Below are positions 51,501-63,352 of a stretch of 63,447 bases of DNA, one piece after another (position 1 is the first letter of the stretch; every line of letters begins with the position of its first letter). Under the pieces are notes generated by a model, which saw only the letters and a list, made by a program, of their open reading frames with translations, did not search any database and was not told the DNA's origin. Source of the stretch: Catajapyx aquilonaris. Lineage: Eukaryota. Both the position numbers and the translations under genes were made by a program. The stretch covers positions 1-63,447 of the forward strand of contig KZ538536.1 in NCBI GenBank assembly GCA_000934665.2, in the 5' to 3' direction.

Positions 51501-52270
51501 CCACATAACAATTCCATAATAATATATAGGCTACGTAAAAATTATTTTACGTTTATAGGGCCTACTGTGGCCATTTGACACTTTTGAAACATGCAAATTC
51601 GCAGTAGGCATAATATTTGCCCAATGTCTCATCTGTGAAAGCCCAGTTAGCAGGATAAGCTTTATTGTTTCTAGTACACACTATCATGCATCATTTGCAT
51701 CAAAAAGGGTAGATAGCAGAGCAAAGAAGTGCCCTGCAGGTTATCACTGTTACATCCAAACATTATTCACTGCCATTCAGGAATTGGGTAGATAATTAAG
51801 GTAAGATTAATTACGGTTGGAAAGTTTGAAAAGTATTAATAGGGTAGAAAGTATTAATAGGGTAGATAATTAAGGTAAGATTAATTACTGTTGGAAAGTT
51901 TGAAAAGTATTAATTGCTAATATTAGACCAAATTATTTAGTCTAATATTAGCAATTAATACTTTTCAAACTTTCCAACCGTAATTACTTTAATAATTAGA
52001 TTTCTTGATGCCTCAAACTGTCCATAATATATTACATACATTTACAGTCAATTGTCAAGATCTGGTCATATAAAATAAAGTGATTAGGTAATTTATAGTT
52101 TAGGCATTATCCACTCTGCATAATGAAATGTCATGCATATGTTTGTGTTATCCTTTCAGAAAAGGCAAAGGAACTCACTTGCTAGAATTGAGAAGAATGA
52201 AGTCCACCTGCAAGGTAAACAGAAGACAGAAGCAGCAAGGAAGGTATTTTCCTGCCAAATGTGCCAGAGA
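45577..52270 (+). repeat. Segmental duplication, copy A (upstream region, exon 1 and intron of the ZNF gene)
   Basis: Collinear with copy B: ~45577-46112 = ~57135-57665; ~48418-48995 = ~57665-58292; ~49765-52270 = ~59095-63352. Confidence 0.92.
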
Positions 52271-53332
52271 AATTTCAATACAGCAGATAATTTAGAAGTA
52301 CACATGAGAATCCACACATGTGATAAGCCATTTGGTTGCAATGTGTGCTACAGGAAATTTGGAAAAGCAAGTAAATTGTATATTCACACGAGAATACATA
52401 CTGGAGAGAAACCATTCAGTTGTCCAACCTGCCTTAAGAGGTTTGGGAGCGGTGATACTTTGAAATTGCATAAGAGAACACACCTTGGGGAGAAACCATA
52501 CAGCTGCAAATTTTGTCCCAAAAAGTTTCGTCTTGGGAGTGATTTGAAAGCTCATTTGAGAGCACACACTCCAGAGAAGTCATTCAGCTGCCAAGTGTGC
52601 CACAAACAGTTCAACCAGCTACAAAGCATGAAGAATCACTTGCGAATGCACACGGCAGTGAAACGTTATGTTTGCCAAGTCTGCCAGAAGATGTTCAGGC
52701 ATGCATGTGAATTGAAAACACACATGTGGGTGCACACAGGGGAAAAACCATATTGTTGCCAGGTGTGCCAAAGGAAATTCACGGAGGCAGGGAGTTTGAA
52801 AAAACACATGCGGCTACACACAGGAGAAGGACTATTTCATTGCCAGGTCTGCCAGAAGAAGTTCCAGACGGCAGGAAATTTGAAAAGACACATGCTGGTG
52901 CACACGGGAGAAAGGCCATTTCATTGCCAGGTCTGCCAGAAGAAGTTCCAGACTGCAGGATATTTGAAAATACACATGCGGATGCACACAGGAGAAAAAC
53001 CATATTGTTGCCAGGTGTGCCAAGGGAAATTCACGGAGGCAGGGAGTTTGAAAACACACATGCGGGTGCACACAGGAGAAGGACTATTTCATTGCCAGGT
53101 CTGCCAGAAGAAGTCCCAGACGGCAGGAAGTTTGAAAATACACATGCGGATCCACACAGGAGAAAAACCATATTGTTGCCAGGTGTGCCAAAAGAAATTC
53201 ACGCAGATAGTAGGTTTGAAAAATCACATGCTGGTACACACAGGGGAAAACTCATATCAATGTCATGTCTGCCAGAAATTGTTTGCTTTCCCAGGGTACT
53301 TGAAATCTCATATGGCAACACACATGAAGTAA
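49995..53332 (+). CDS. C2H2 zinc-finger protein, ~487 aa: one isolated N-terminal finger, acidic IKEE linker and 13 tandem fingers
   Basis: Exon 49995-50285 (CAG|GTGAGG) joins 52160-53332 (tcctttcag|AAA) in phase 0; TGEKP-type linkers. Additional small internal exons cannot be excluded. Confidence 0.85.
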
Positions 53333-54340
53333 GCTATTTTAGCGCCAGTATCGCCCAACCGGCTTTGAAAAGTGAAAGAAGATTAAATGCTCTGCAAGTT
53401 CGTGTTAGCTTCAAAATTCGAGGAGAGAGTGCAAGGCATGAATCTCGAAATTTAAACTGCAGTAATTAAAATATTTCTGCGTACGATGCAAAATATTAAT
53501 GTAGATTGCAAATGAACAGGAAATTATGGTGGAGTTTTAGATATTTGAATTACCTGTTTGCCACTTGTTGAGGTATTATTTTTTAGTACCTAGAGGATAT
53601 CGTCTCCTGTCTATACCAGCAGGGACTTGCCACAAGCTGTCTCAGATCGCGATAATTGTGCAGTAGACTATCTAAAAGAAGTGTCAGTCGAGTTAGGATA
53701 TTCATGATGAGGTAAACTGCAGGGCCGCACGTGGTAGGAGTTGTCATTTTACGTTCTTTATTATTTTCTGTTCTATTTTGTGTACTGCAAACTGCACAAC
53801 AAAATATTATGTAATCGCTTGTATGTTTTTTTGTTTTGTTTGAAAGAAGCAATCGTTTCTCATTCATCACTTTAATGGCCACCTCATAATGAACATGACT
53901 ATATCTGAATTGAATGGGATATTCACCTACAGGCGTACGCTTTCTTTCATATCCAGAATGACAGGCACATTGGATATTGTTAAGGCTGCTATTATTCCGT
54001 TTTCCTAAAAAGATATGAAATTTTGCTTATTTCATGATGGCGAACTGGCTTTGGATTGTATTAGTCTTTTCCACACATTGCCATACGTTTGAAAAAGACT
54101 ATGAAATTGACATTTTGGCTTGTACCTTGTAATGTGGTAAAACGAGGCACTGATTGTTGTTGTGTAAGAAAATCCTGAGCCTATAGGCGAGGAATTTGCA
54201 TTCATTATTTATCCTGAAAATAAAACGAATAAAATCTCGATGAAAATTACGCTGGATGCGTGTCATGATTTGAATTACTGAACGTCAAGAGACCTAAGTG
54301 TGTCCCCCTCTTTTCCAGCACTTCCTTTTCCAGTATTATA

Positions 54341-55179
54341 GGGGCCGTACACATATTACGTCATCACATTTTTGACTTTTTGACCCCCCCCCCCTCATCA
54401 TACTTCGTCATCATGTGGAACTCCCCCCCCCCCNTTACGTCATCACCGCCACCAAAAAAAAAAGAAAAAAAATCCCTCGCCTGCTCTTCTGGAAAGATTA
54501 TTCTGGGTGCGACTCTGCCGAGTAGGCTGTACCACTGACTCGTACGCATGCAACGATGATGAGAAGCTCAGATGTTATTAATTCCATGTTCTACTATAAC
54601 AGAGGTACTACAATCATTGTTGACTTAGAAAAAATATTTATACAATAATTATTATTGAAGATGCACAGACAAACATTTAGTCCAGAATGCATAAAGGTAC
54701 GGGTGTTTTTCAAGTGATTTTTCTCATTGCTAAAAAATCCGAATAACCCTGACAAAAATAGTGGCAGAAGTTTTTAAAAAAATAAATTAAACGCTACTTA
54801 CCAATATCTCCCCCGAAAACATTCTCAACCCTCAGTATGAAACCTCGCTTAGCCAAAAGTGGGGTCCTTTTTGGACCCCAAGACGACTCGTGAGCGTTTT
54901 AATGAAACTAACTCATTTTTATAAAACAAATTTCGTCACGCATATTTTTTTCTCAGGTATGAATGAGTATACGTTATACTGTATTTGAGAATTACTGCGG
55001 TGATGTGCGATTTTTCATTTTCACAAAAGCTTAAGTCTGTGTAATAATTAAGCGTAAAAAGTGGCGTCATCCCAACCTGGACCGACCCTCCCCCTCTCGT
55101 CATCTTTGGTCATCAATCTCATCATGTATCAAACCCCCTCCCCACCCCTTTGATGATGACGTAATATGTGTACGACCCC
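54341..55179. mobile_element. PIF/Harbinger-like non-autonomous element
   Basis: TIRs GGGGCCGTACACATATTACGTCATCA / TGATGACGTAATATGTGTACGACCCC; 3-bp flanks ata/aga. Confidence 0.78.
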
Positions 55180-55922
55180 AGATTGCGACGCATTCAGTTA
55201 TACTGTATGCCTATATGGTAGGGCTATGTCATTTGTCAGCCCAAGCGTCGATTCAAGGTATGCATATGTGGCTTGTGTCCTTGCGTTATTTGGGGGGGGG
55301 GGGGGGGNGGTGGGTGGAGTAGAGAGTCGCACGAAGAAATACGATGTACAAGTCAAGGACCTAAACTCACAAGGACACCCTGGTACAAATTGTAGGAAAT
55401 TGGGCCGCATAAAATTTGAGATGAATATTACCATTGTTTCTGTGACATTTTCAACGATGTGTCATACCAACTTTGCTTCGAAATCGCGAGTGACCCCCTT
55501 GAAAAAACACGAAGAAAAAATTCCAATTGCTTCAACCGTGGCTGCAACGATATGAAAATAATATTATTACAGCGAAAACTCTCTATTAGTTTAATCGCTT
55601 TGTGCCGCGAAAATTTTCCGTAATAAACAAGATTCCTCTATATCTGACGATACTACACTAGAAAAAATGTAATTTACTGCTGGAATGGGTGTATAAATTA
55701 TAGTCCAGGACAATGGTTTGGGTTTTAAAAAACCGTAATAGAAATGACTTTTTAACCATCGTGTTCAAAAAATGTGCAGAATAACATAGCCGCAAGGTTC
55801 ATCGCAATTAGTGCCAGGTAAACCTAATACAGTACGAGGAGAAGAACACATGTACAGGTGCTGAAATTGTGTGAGGCACAAGTCAAATTGAGATAATGTG
55901 AGATTGCCCAACATACCGAAGT

Positions 55923-56699
55923 GTGCTCATTGGTGGAGGTCAGTTGGAGGTCACTATTCTATTCGACAAGGAGGAGGCAGGAAGGAGTGGAGGACAGGTG
56001 AGGAGACAAAATGAACTATACCGTTACAGGGAGGATCAGGGGAAACCTCTTCAGGTCTTTCAGATAAGCTATTTCCTATATATAGATTCGCTGTCTTCTC
56101 CAGAGGAAATGCCCCATTAATGCACGTCGTCGACAAATATTTTTATTCATTTGATTTTACTTACACCATTGGGAGAATCATCGCTCCTTTAGGGGGTGGA
56201 ACACCACAATTTTTTCATCTCTAGTTTCTGAATTTATCTTCGAACACCGTGCAAGGGAGAAAGGGACATGGGGAATGGAATTGGGATTTTTGGGGAGGGG
56301 ACACTGGTGCAAGTGCAATGTCTCAAACTGGTGCAGTCCCCCAGGAGGTTAGGTTGCCAGACACCTTCAAGGCCGGGGTCAGAGGGCCTCCTGACGAAGG
56401 CGAAGGGTTCTAACCCGAAACCTTTCGCTCAGAAAGCAGAGACATTACCATCTGGGCCACCGCAGCACCTCCCCCGTCGACAAATATTGTGTCCGAGTAT
56501 TCTCAGAAGCCAATCTGTTTGAAAAAATTCTCCAAGACGAACTTTATGGGAAACTTAGAAATTTAAAAATTCTTGTTCCGTTATGGGACATAAAATAATA
56601 AAGCTCACATAATGTCAGATGAAATCGTAGATGTTCACAAGCTATCGAGCGTTTTTCACATTTGGTGCTTAGGACTGGGGTTCAGTTTTGCAGTTTTTG
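55923..56699 (+). pseudogene. Chimeric relic: ZNF exon-1 fragment fused to an IR C-terminal fragment
   Basis: 55923-~56006 encodes LIGGGQLEVTILFDKEEAGRSGGQV (cf. LTGRGQVEVTIRFNKGEAG). From ~56010 it encodes ELYRYR...FSRGNAP, then EANLFEK.LQDELY...MSDEIVDVHKLSSVFHIWCLGLGFSFAVFA (cf. IR 41285-41630). Confidence 0.88.
56142..56474 (-). mobile_element. tRNA-derived SINE inserted in the IR relic
   Basis: Minus strand: A box TGGCCCAGATGG, B box GGTTAGAACCC, A-rich tail. 14-bp TSD CGTCGACAAATATT at 56128-56141 and 56475-56488. Confidence 0.88.
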
Positions 56700-56981
56700 C
56701 AGTGTTGGGTATTAATAATTCCGTTATACTGCTAGCGATATTTTCCGTTGCGGCAGATGTGCAAATCGAAGTGATAGAGTGTGAGTCGTGCGAGTAAGAA
56801 TTGGGAGCCCTTTGGGTGACGTCACTGGCTGGGCACAAGCCTTTTCCCTTTGCTCCACAGTCTGTGACGTCACTCAAGGCCTACCTCTTCTTATAATCGC
56901 ACGACTCACTCTATCGTCTATCACTTCGACTTGCGCTTCTGCCGCAACAGAAATGTACGACGCGATTAATGTCCAACACTG
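56700..56981. mobile_element. hAT-like palindromic MITE
   Basis: CAGTGTTGG...CCAACACTG termini with long imperfect arms. No TSD; IR homology ends at its left edge. Confidence 0.7.
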
Positions 56982-58294
56982 TACTTAAGTACTTAGACAC
57001 TCCGTGACTTAGAAGTCGTTGATAAGCTATGCTTGGAGCTGGCTGATTTTCTGGCCTGGTAGGTCTTATCGACACATTTAGAGGCACGGGAGGCATATGT
57101 GAACAAACATACAGTATACACTCCGTACCCAGCCGTATCCGACACCAACCAGCCAATCCAATCACTGTAAGGTTTCCGTATCCCCCTTTCTTTCCCTTGG
57201 CCCAATGAAAGGTCAAATGGAGCCCTGATATCGCGTCGAGGTTTTGAAGAATGACTCCGTCCAGCCCAGTCCAGTCTTGTCTCCATACTCCACTCCCCAG
57301 TCACCAGTGGCCAGTCAGTCTAGCCAAGGTTCTATTGGTGCAACGCGGTGCAACGAGCTGTTGGCTTCAAGACTATCAAGGGTAAGAAAAGTGCAGCGTG
57401 GATCGGCCTTCATGGAGTTGGATCTGACCTGGTGTACGTGATTCACCTCAATAATTGGTAAGCTTACAGTAGATATAACTCGTGTTTTCAGTGGTGGTCG
57501 TGCTAGTCCATCTGCCCATAGATATTAAAGCTACCTTTTATATCTAAGATGCATCTGTCGCACATTTCAAATTCTCGATTATATTGCCACGTCTTCCATT
57601 TGAAAAATCGCGACAGGAGGAACAAGTAAAGTTACATGGTTTTTATTTGGGCTTTTTATATGGCCTCTTATCTCTAAGTCCACTATTAGCAGATATGAGA
57701 ACATACGTAGCTCCATAGGAAGGAATATTGAGGGAAACGGTCCACCTATTTGACTGGGAGGAGACACATATCGGTTGGAGGTGAAAGTTAAACAAGGGTT
57801 GGGAGCACTGGCGGTCCCAGGAGGACCCACCGTCCCACCCCCACCGCCAAAAGTCCACTCAAGAACAGTGCTACCCGTGCTACCTCATATTTAGAACAAG
57901 ATTGGCAAATCACGTGAGCTTCATTAGAGTAGGCTTTTTCATGTTTACTGCTGCTGTTCCCAACGTCCGTCACGGTACTGGGACTGAAACTCAAACCACC
58001 CATTCGGCCAGAAGTGGACCTACCCTTTTCCCCCTCCCTTCTCCTATCCCCAGACCGCCCATTTGCCCTTTAACATATCTATCATAGCAAACCCATTCTT
58101 TAGACCTTTTTTCATCCACCGAAAAAAGTTACAGCACGGCCCCGTCCGTCCGTCTGTGGACATGTATAATGTTTAATGTATCATGGGTAGGAGGAGAGAG
58201 CGGGGAAAGGGTGATCTGGGGGACACATCCCCCATATCACCCAGACGGGGCAGACAGGGGGGAAAGGCGGATATAGTGAACCCGGAACGCGAAA

Positions 58295-58800
58295 ATAGTT
58301 CAGAGTTTAAAAACGATATATTCGCTATTGCGCCGCCTCCTTCGGCTTTAAAAAAAATATCTCCCGTAATATGTCGATTCTGCATTTTCCCCCCCGATTT
58401 TTCCAGAGTGAGACCTCCATTAGTTCCGGCGCAATAAAACTGGTCGACCTGGCGCATGATTTGTGTCCTATGATGTCACGAATTTTTCTGATGCTGCCAG
58501 GGTCAGGATTAAGGTATACATTTGGTGCGTGGGCGGGCTGCGAACATGTGGCATTTTCCCAGGTCCGCCTTAGTGGCAGATGGACGCCCCTGCCAGCATT
58601 GTAAAAGTTCGTGACGTCATAGGACACAAATCCTGCGCCCGGTCGACATGTTTTATTTTATTGCGCCGGAATTAATGGAGGGCCCACTCTGGAAAAATCG
58701 GAGAAAAATGAATAATTGGGTACCTATTACGGTACATATTTTTTTTAAACCTAAGGAGGAGGCGCGATAGCGAATATATCGTTTTTCAACTTTCAACTCT
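58295..58800. mobile_element. ~500-bp palindromic MITE present only in copy B
   Basis: Inverted arms aaaaacgatatattcgctattgcgccgcctcctt...ccggcgcaataaaa...tgtgtcctatgatgtcacgaa, mirrored at ~58590-58800. Confidence 0.75.
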
Positions 58801-60155
58801 ACATAAAATGCCGTCATTTCCATTTAAAAAATTATGTTCAATTACCGAAATTCATTCATGTTGCCCAACACTGTTATCCATCAAATGTAACGGTGGGTTA
58901 TGCACATGTATGAGGCCTTTTACGGGTTTTTTGCCCATTTAATTGCGTGCAACTTAGTGAACATAATTTATCTTTAAAAGTAGGGTGATGCTATACTCCT
59001 TATGGTGATTAACATCACCAAATTTCATTATGATCAAAAAATATGGGGTGAACTCTCTATTTTATTTTGCATGAACTGTCCTGATGGAACCGCCTTTAGA
59101 TAAGGCGCATTCACACATCTCTCTCCCCCCCTGTCCATCACCCCCCAAAATCACACCTCCCACCATCGCCCCGGGTCAGATCTATCTAACCCAGGTATTT
59201 GAGAACATTTGGTCAATAACACGCTGCATTTACTTGCCCTACTTATGATACCAGTGACTGATTCGTGAACATTGGGAACAAGATGGACTGGATGGCCACT
59301 GGGAGGTTCCCCTGCCTGTACTGCGACCAGGTGTTTGACAGGAGGTGCCTCCTCCTGGGGCACAGCTTCACACACTCCAAGTGGGATGAGGTCAAGAGGG
59401 AGCTGCAGGACGGGGAGGAAGGACTGCTCACTGGTCGGGGTCAGGTGGAGGTCACCATTCGATTCAACAAGGGGGAGGCAGGAGGGAGTGGAGGGCAGGT
59501 GAAGGACGCTGTTCGAATCAAGGAGGAGCCTCAGGAGGAGGAGGCAGGAAGGAGTGGAGCACAGGTGACGGACGTGGTTAAAATCAAGGAGGAGCCTCAG
59601 GAGGAGGAGGAGGACCCAGGAAGTAGTGAAGGACAGGTGAGGGAGACCATCACATGCCAGGAAAATGGCCCAACAATACTAATTTTGGCATATTTACATT
59701 AAGTCACTCATTGGTAGAGATGCAATATTCCTGCTGCACCACGAAGTGCTTTGCAATTTTTGAGAGCCATTTTTGAAAATATACATTGCACAATGTGACA
59801 AATTAATTCTACTCATATCTTGATTGATGTACAAGCAGGATTTCATGTAATTTTTTACTTCATGACCTGCATAGTTTTTCTGATTATATGGAACACCTGA
59901 ACTGAAAAATGTTTTTCAACCCTATTTAAAATATACGTATCGTAGATAACGCAGTAGCCTCATGGTCAGCAGATGACCAAGCACAAGCACTGGTACACAT
60001 TTTGTCCTGCTAACTTCTCTTGACCTGATTGGAGAGCACGGAAATTATTTGCATTCCTGCCTTCAATGCCTTCATTAATATTGATGTCATGTGGCAAACG
60101 ACACGAATGTTTCTTTGGAATGCTGTAGGCTATATAAAATGTGTTAGAAATAACT

Positions 60156-60278
60156 CGAGGGGGTACTCACTCGACTGTAACGTGTACAGCGGAGTACCGA
60201 ATTCAAGGAGTACCTAAAGGAGTACCAGAGAGTACTACTAAAGGTGTACACTGGAGTACCGAAGTGAGTACCCCTTTG
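60156..60278 (+). mobile_element. Family-A-related MITE (123 bp)
   Basis: CGAGGGGGTACTCACT ... AGTGAGTACCCCTTTG; decayed TSD aaataact/aaatgacc; empty site gttagaaatgacc in copy A (~50771-50783). Confidence 0.85.
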
Positions 60279-60681
60279 AAATGACCACATCATTTCTGTG
60301 AATAATATTCAATTGTGAAGGAGCAGCCCTCCTTGAATTGCTCCTGATCCACACTAAAAATATCACGTAGAAGCCCACACAGTTTGCATCATTATCGTTG
60401 CTGAACTTGGCATAGACTCATTGCATGCACAAAATGGATGAAGATTTTTTGTGGCTTCATATTATGATATGTTATGCAGTGAAAGATAAGTACATGTAAA
60501 AACAAAAACAACAGTGGATTACATCATTCACATTGCTTGACAATAAAATAATTGTTCCAGTTAGAAATGCGAATGGTAACAAGTAGCTACTCTATTTGTA
60601 ATGTTTCGGACAACGATTGTACTTTGTTGGGTCCACTAAAATTATTATTGGTACAAAATAATGTTGCTCTATAGTACGATA

Positions 60682-61521
60682 CTAGCAGGTTACCCGGCGT
60701 TGCCCGGGTATGTTGGGGTGCTGGTAAAGGTAGGGGTACATATACACTATTTTAGGAAGTGTGTTTGTTTGTAAAAATTTCCCTTCCGTACACTCGAAAC
60801 TCGATATGTCTTAAAATAGGGATAGATTACCTGCTTGTCTTATAGTGTAGTCGACACAGATATTCTGATTGGATGTGTAAAGAGGATTGCGGATGGAGTT
60901 AGCCCAGGAAAAGACTGCACAGCCGTGTGTTTTTTCCCCATGCATTTTTGACCCCTTGACCCCCCAACCCCACTTCACACCTCCATCTCGTTCCATATGT
61001 TTGCTCTGAAGAACTCTAGAAATCTACGTACAGACGTACAGATGCATGGTGGAAGAAATTTTTTCAACACGGAGTAATATTAGTAAATACCGCATTATTT
61101 TATTGTATTTATTTTTGTCTGGAAGTCTACTTTCTAATCCCACGAAATCCCGGAATGACCATACGATACGAACTCACGTGAGGTGGCCAATTATTAGCGT
61201 AATTGGTGCATGCGTTGAATTTACCGGCGATGGTTTAATTTGCTAGGTATTGAACTTGCATAAGGGCATTTCCATGGGAATTTGAATTGATATATTGTTG
61301 TAAGTTAATTGTTAAGGCCCGAGAAGAGAGAAGATTCGGGAATATGCGTGTTGTGGGAGTTAGGTACATTTTCGGAAGCTGAAACATGCGGCGTTAGATT
61401 CCTTGGAAAAAGTAACCCCCGATATGCTAATTTAAGGCGGTGTAGGGGCCTTCCCCTGGATTTCTGTAAGGGACAAACATCCAAACAAATTGACAAACTT
61501 CCTTATTTATAGAGATAGAGA
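60682..61521 (-). mobile_element. Non-autonomous Helitron, long form (840 bp)
   Basis: TC start, CCCGGGCAACGCCGGG hairpin and CTAG end; absent at the paralogous site ~51160-51172. Confidence 0.92.
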
Positions 61522-61881
61522 TAAGATACTAGAAATGTGAAAACTTTTCCTGTAAATCTCAGAATTTGGGGTCAAAGTTCTGCAATATTTTTTCCTTACA
61601 AGATTCTAATAGCCACAAAAGGCGGTGATAATAATCTGTAATTTAAATTGAAATTTAATGGCATTGGCAGACGATGCCTGATTATTCTCGGAGTGATTTA
61701 ATCTTCACTCAAAATGGCATTGAATGAACTTCGTCAGTTATCTTATTGCAATGTCAGAATTTTAAGAGTTGCCACATTATGCAAAAAGTAACTTAATGCA
61801 CAATCATCACTTTCACTGAATGCGAGTTTTAATACACAAGTTGTGGCTCAAAGAAAAAAATGGTGACACGTAACAATACCA

Positions 61882-62720
61882 TCTCTATCTCTATAAATAA
61901 GGAAGTTTGTCAATTTGTTTGGATGTTTGTCCCTCATAGAAATCCAGGGGAAGGCCCCTACACCGCCTTAAATTAGCATATCGGGGGTTACTTTTTCCAA
62001 GGAATCTAACGCCGCATGTTTCAGCTTCCGAAAATGTACCTAACTCCCACAACACGCATATTCCCGAATCTTCTCTCTTCTCGGGCCTTAACAATTAACT
62101 TACAACAATATATCAATTCAAATTCCCATGGAAATGCCCTTATGCAAGTTCAATACCTAGCAAATTAAACCATCGCCGGTAAATTCAACGCATGCACCAA
62201 TTACGCTAATAATTGGCACCTCACGTGAGTTCGTATCGTATGGTCATTCCGGGATTTCGTGGGATTAGAAAGTAGACTTCCAGACAAAAATAAATACAAT
62301 AAAATAATACAGTATTTACTAATATTACTCCATGTTGAAAAAATTTCTTCCACCGTGCATCTGTACGTCTGTTCGTAGATTTCTCGAGTTCTTCAGAGCA
62401 AACATATGGAACGAGATGGAGGTGTGAAGTGGGGTTGGGGGGTCAAGGGGTCAAAAATGCATGGGGAGAAAACACACGGCTGTGCAGTCTTTTCCTGGGC
62501 CAACTCCGTCCGCAATCCTCTTTACACATCCAATCAGAATATCTGTGTCGACTACACTATAAGACAAGCAGGTAATCTATCCCTATTTTAAGACATATCG
62601 AGTTTCGAGTGTACGGAAGGGAAATTTTTACAAACAAACACACTTCCTAAAATAGTGTATATGTACCCCTACCTTTACCAGCACCCCAACATACCCGGGC
62701 AACGCCGGGTAACCTGCTAG
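61882..62720 (+). mobile_element. Non-autonomous Helitron, long form (839 bp)
   Basis: A|TCTCTATCTC...CCCGGGCAACGCCGGGTAACCTGCTAG|T. The empty site ttcca|taat in copy A (~51512-51520) shows insertion between A and T with no TSD. Confidence 0.94.
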
Positions 62721-63352
62721 TAAAAATATATGATACGTAAAAATTATTTTACGTTTATACGGCCTTCTGTGGCCATTTGACACCTTTGAAACATGCAAAT
62801 TCGCAGTACTGTAGTAATATTTGCCCAATGTCTCATCTGTGTATGCCCAGTTAGCAGGACTAGATCTCATGTTTCTAGTACTGTAGTACACACTATCATG
62901 CATCATTTGCATCAAAAATGGTAGATAGCAGAAGTGCCCTGCAGGTTATCACTGTCACATCCAAACATTATTCACTGCCATTCAGGAATTTGGTAGATAA
63001 TTAACTTTAGTCTAATATTGGCAATTAATAATTTTAAATTTTTCCAACAGTAATTACTTGAATAATTAAATTTTTGATGTCTCAAATTGCCCAGTATTAC
63101 ACACATTCACAGACAATTGCCAATATCTGGTCTTTTAAAATAAAGTGATTCTGATTATATTCGATAGTTTTGCCATTTGGCATCATCCACTCGGCATAAT
63201 GAAATGTTACATATTGTTGGTGTTAACCTTTCAGAAAAGGCAAAGGAACTTTCCTGATAGAAATGAGGAGAATGAAATCCAAGTGCAAGGTAAACGGAAG
63301 ACAGAAGCAGAAAAGAAGATATTTTCCTGCCAAATGTGCAAGAGAAACTTCA

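Larger units (their letters stand above)
57135..63352 (+). repeat. Segmental duplication, copy B
   Basis: See copy A. Copy B lacks ~2.3 kb present in A (46113-48417) and carries extra MITE and Helitron insertions. Confidence 0.92.

Noticed and set aside
52726..53469. 247-aa alternative-frame ORF in the ZNF exon
   Set aside because: Off-frame by-product of the repeated finger units.
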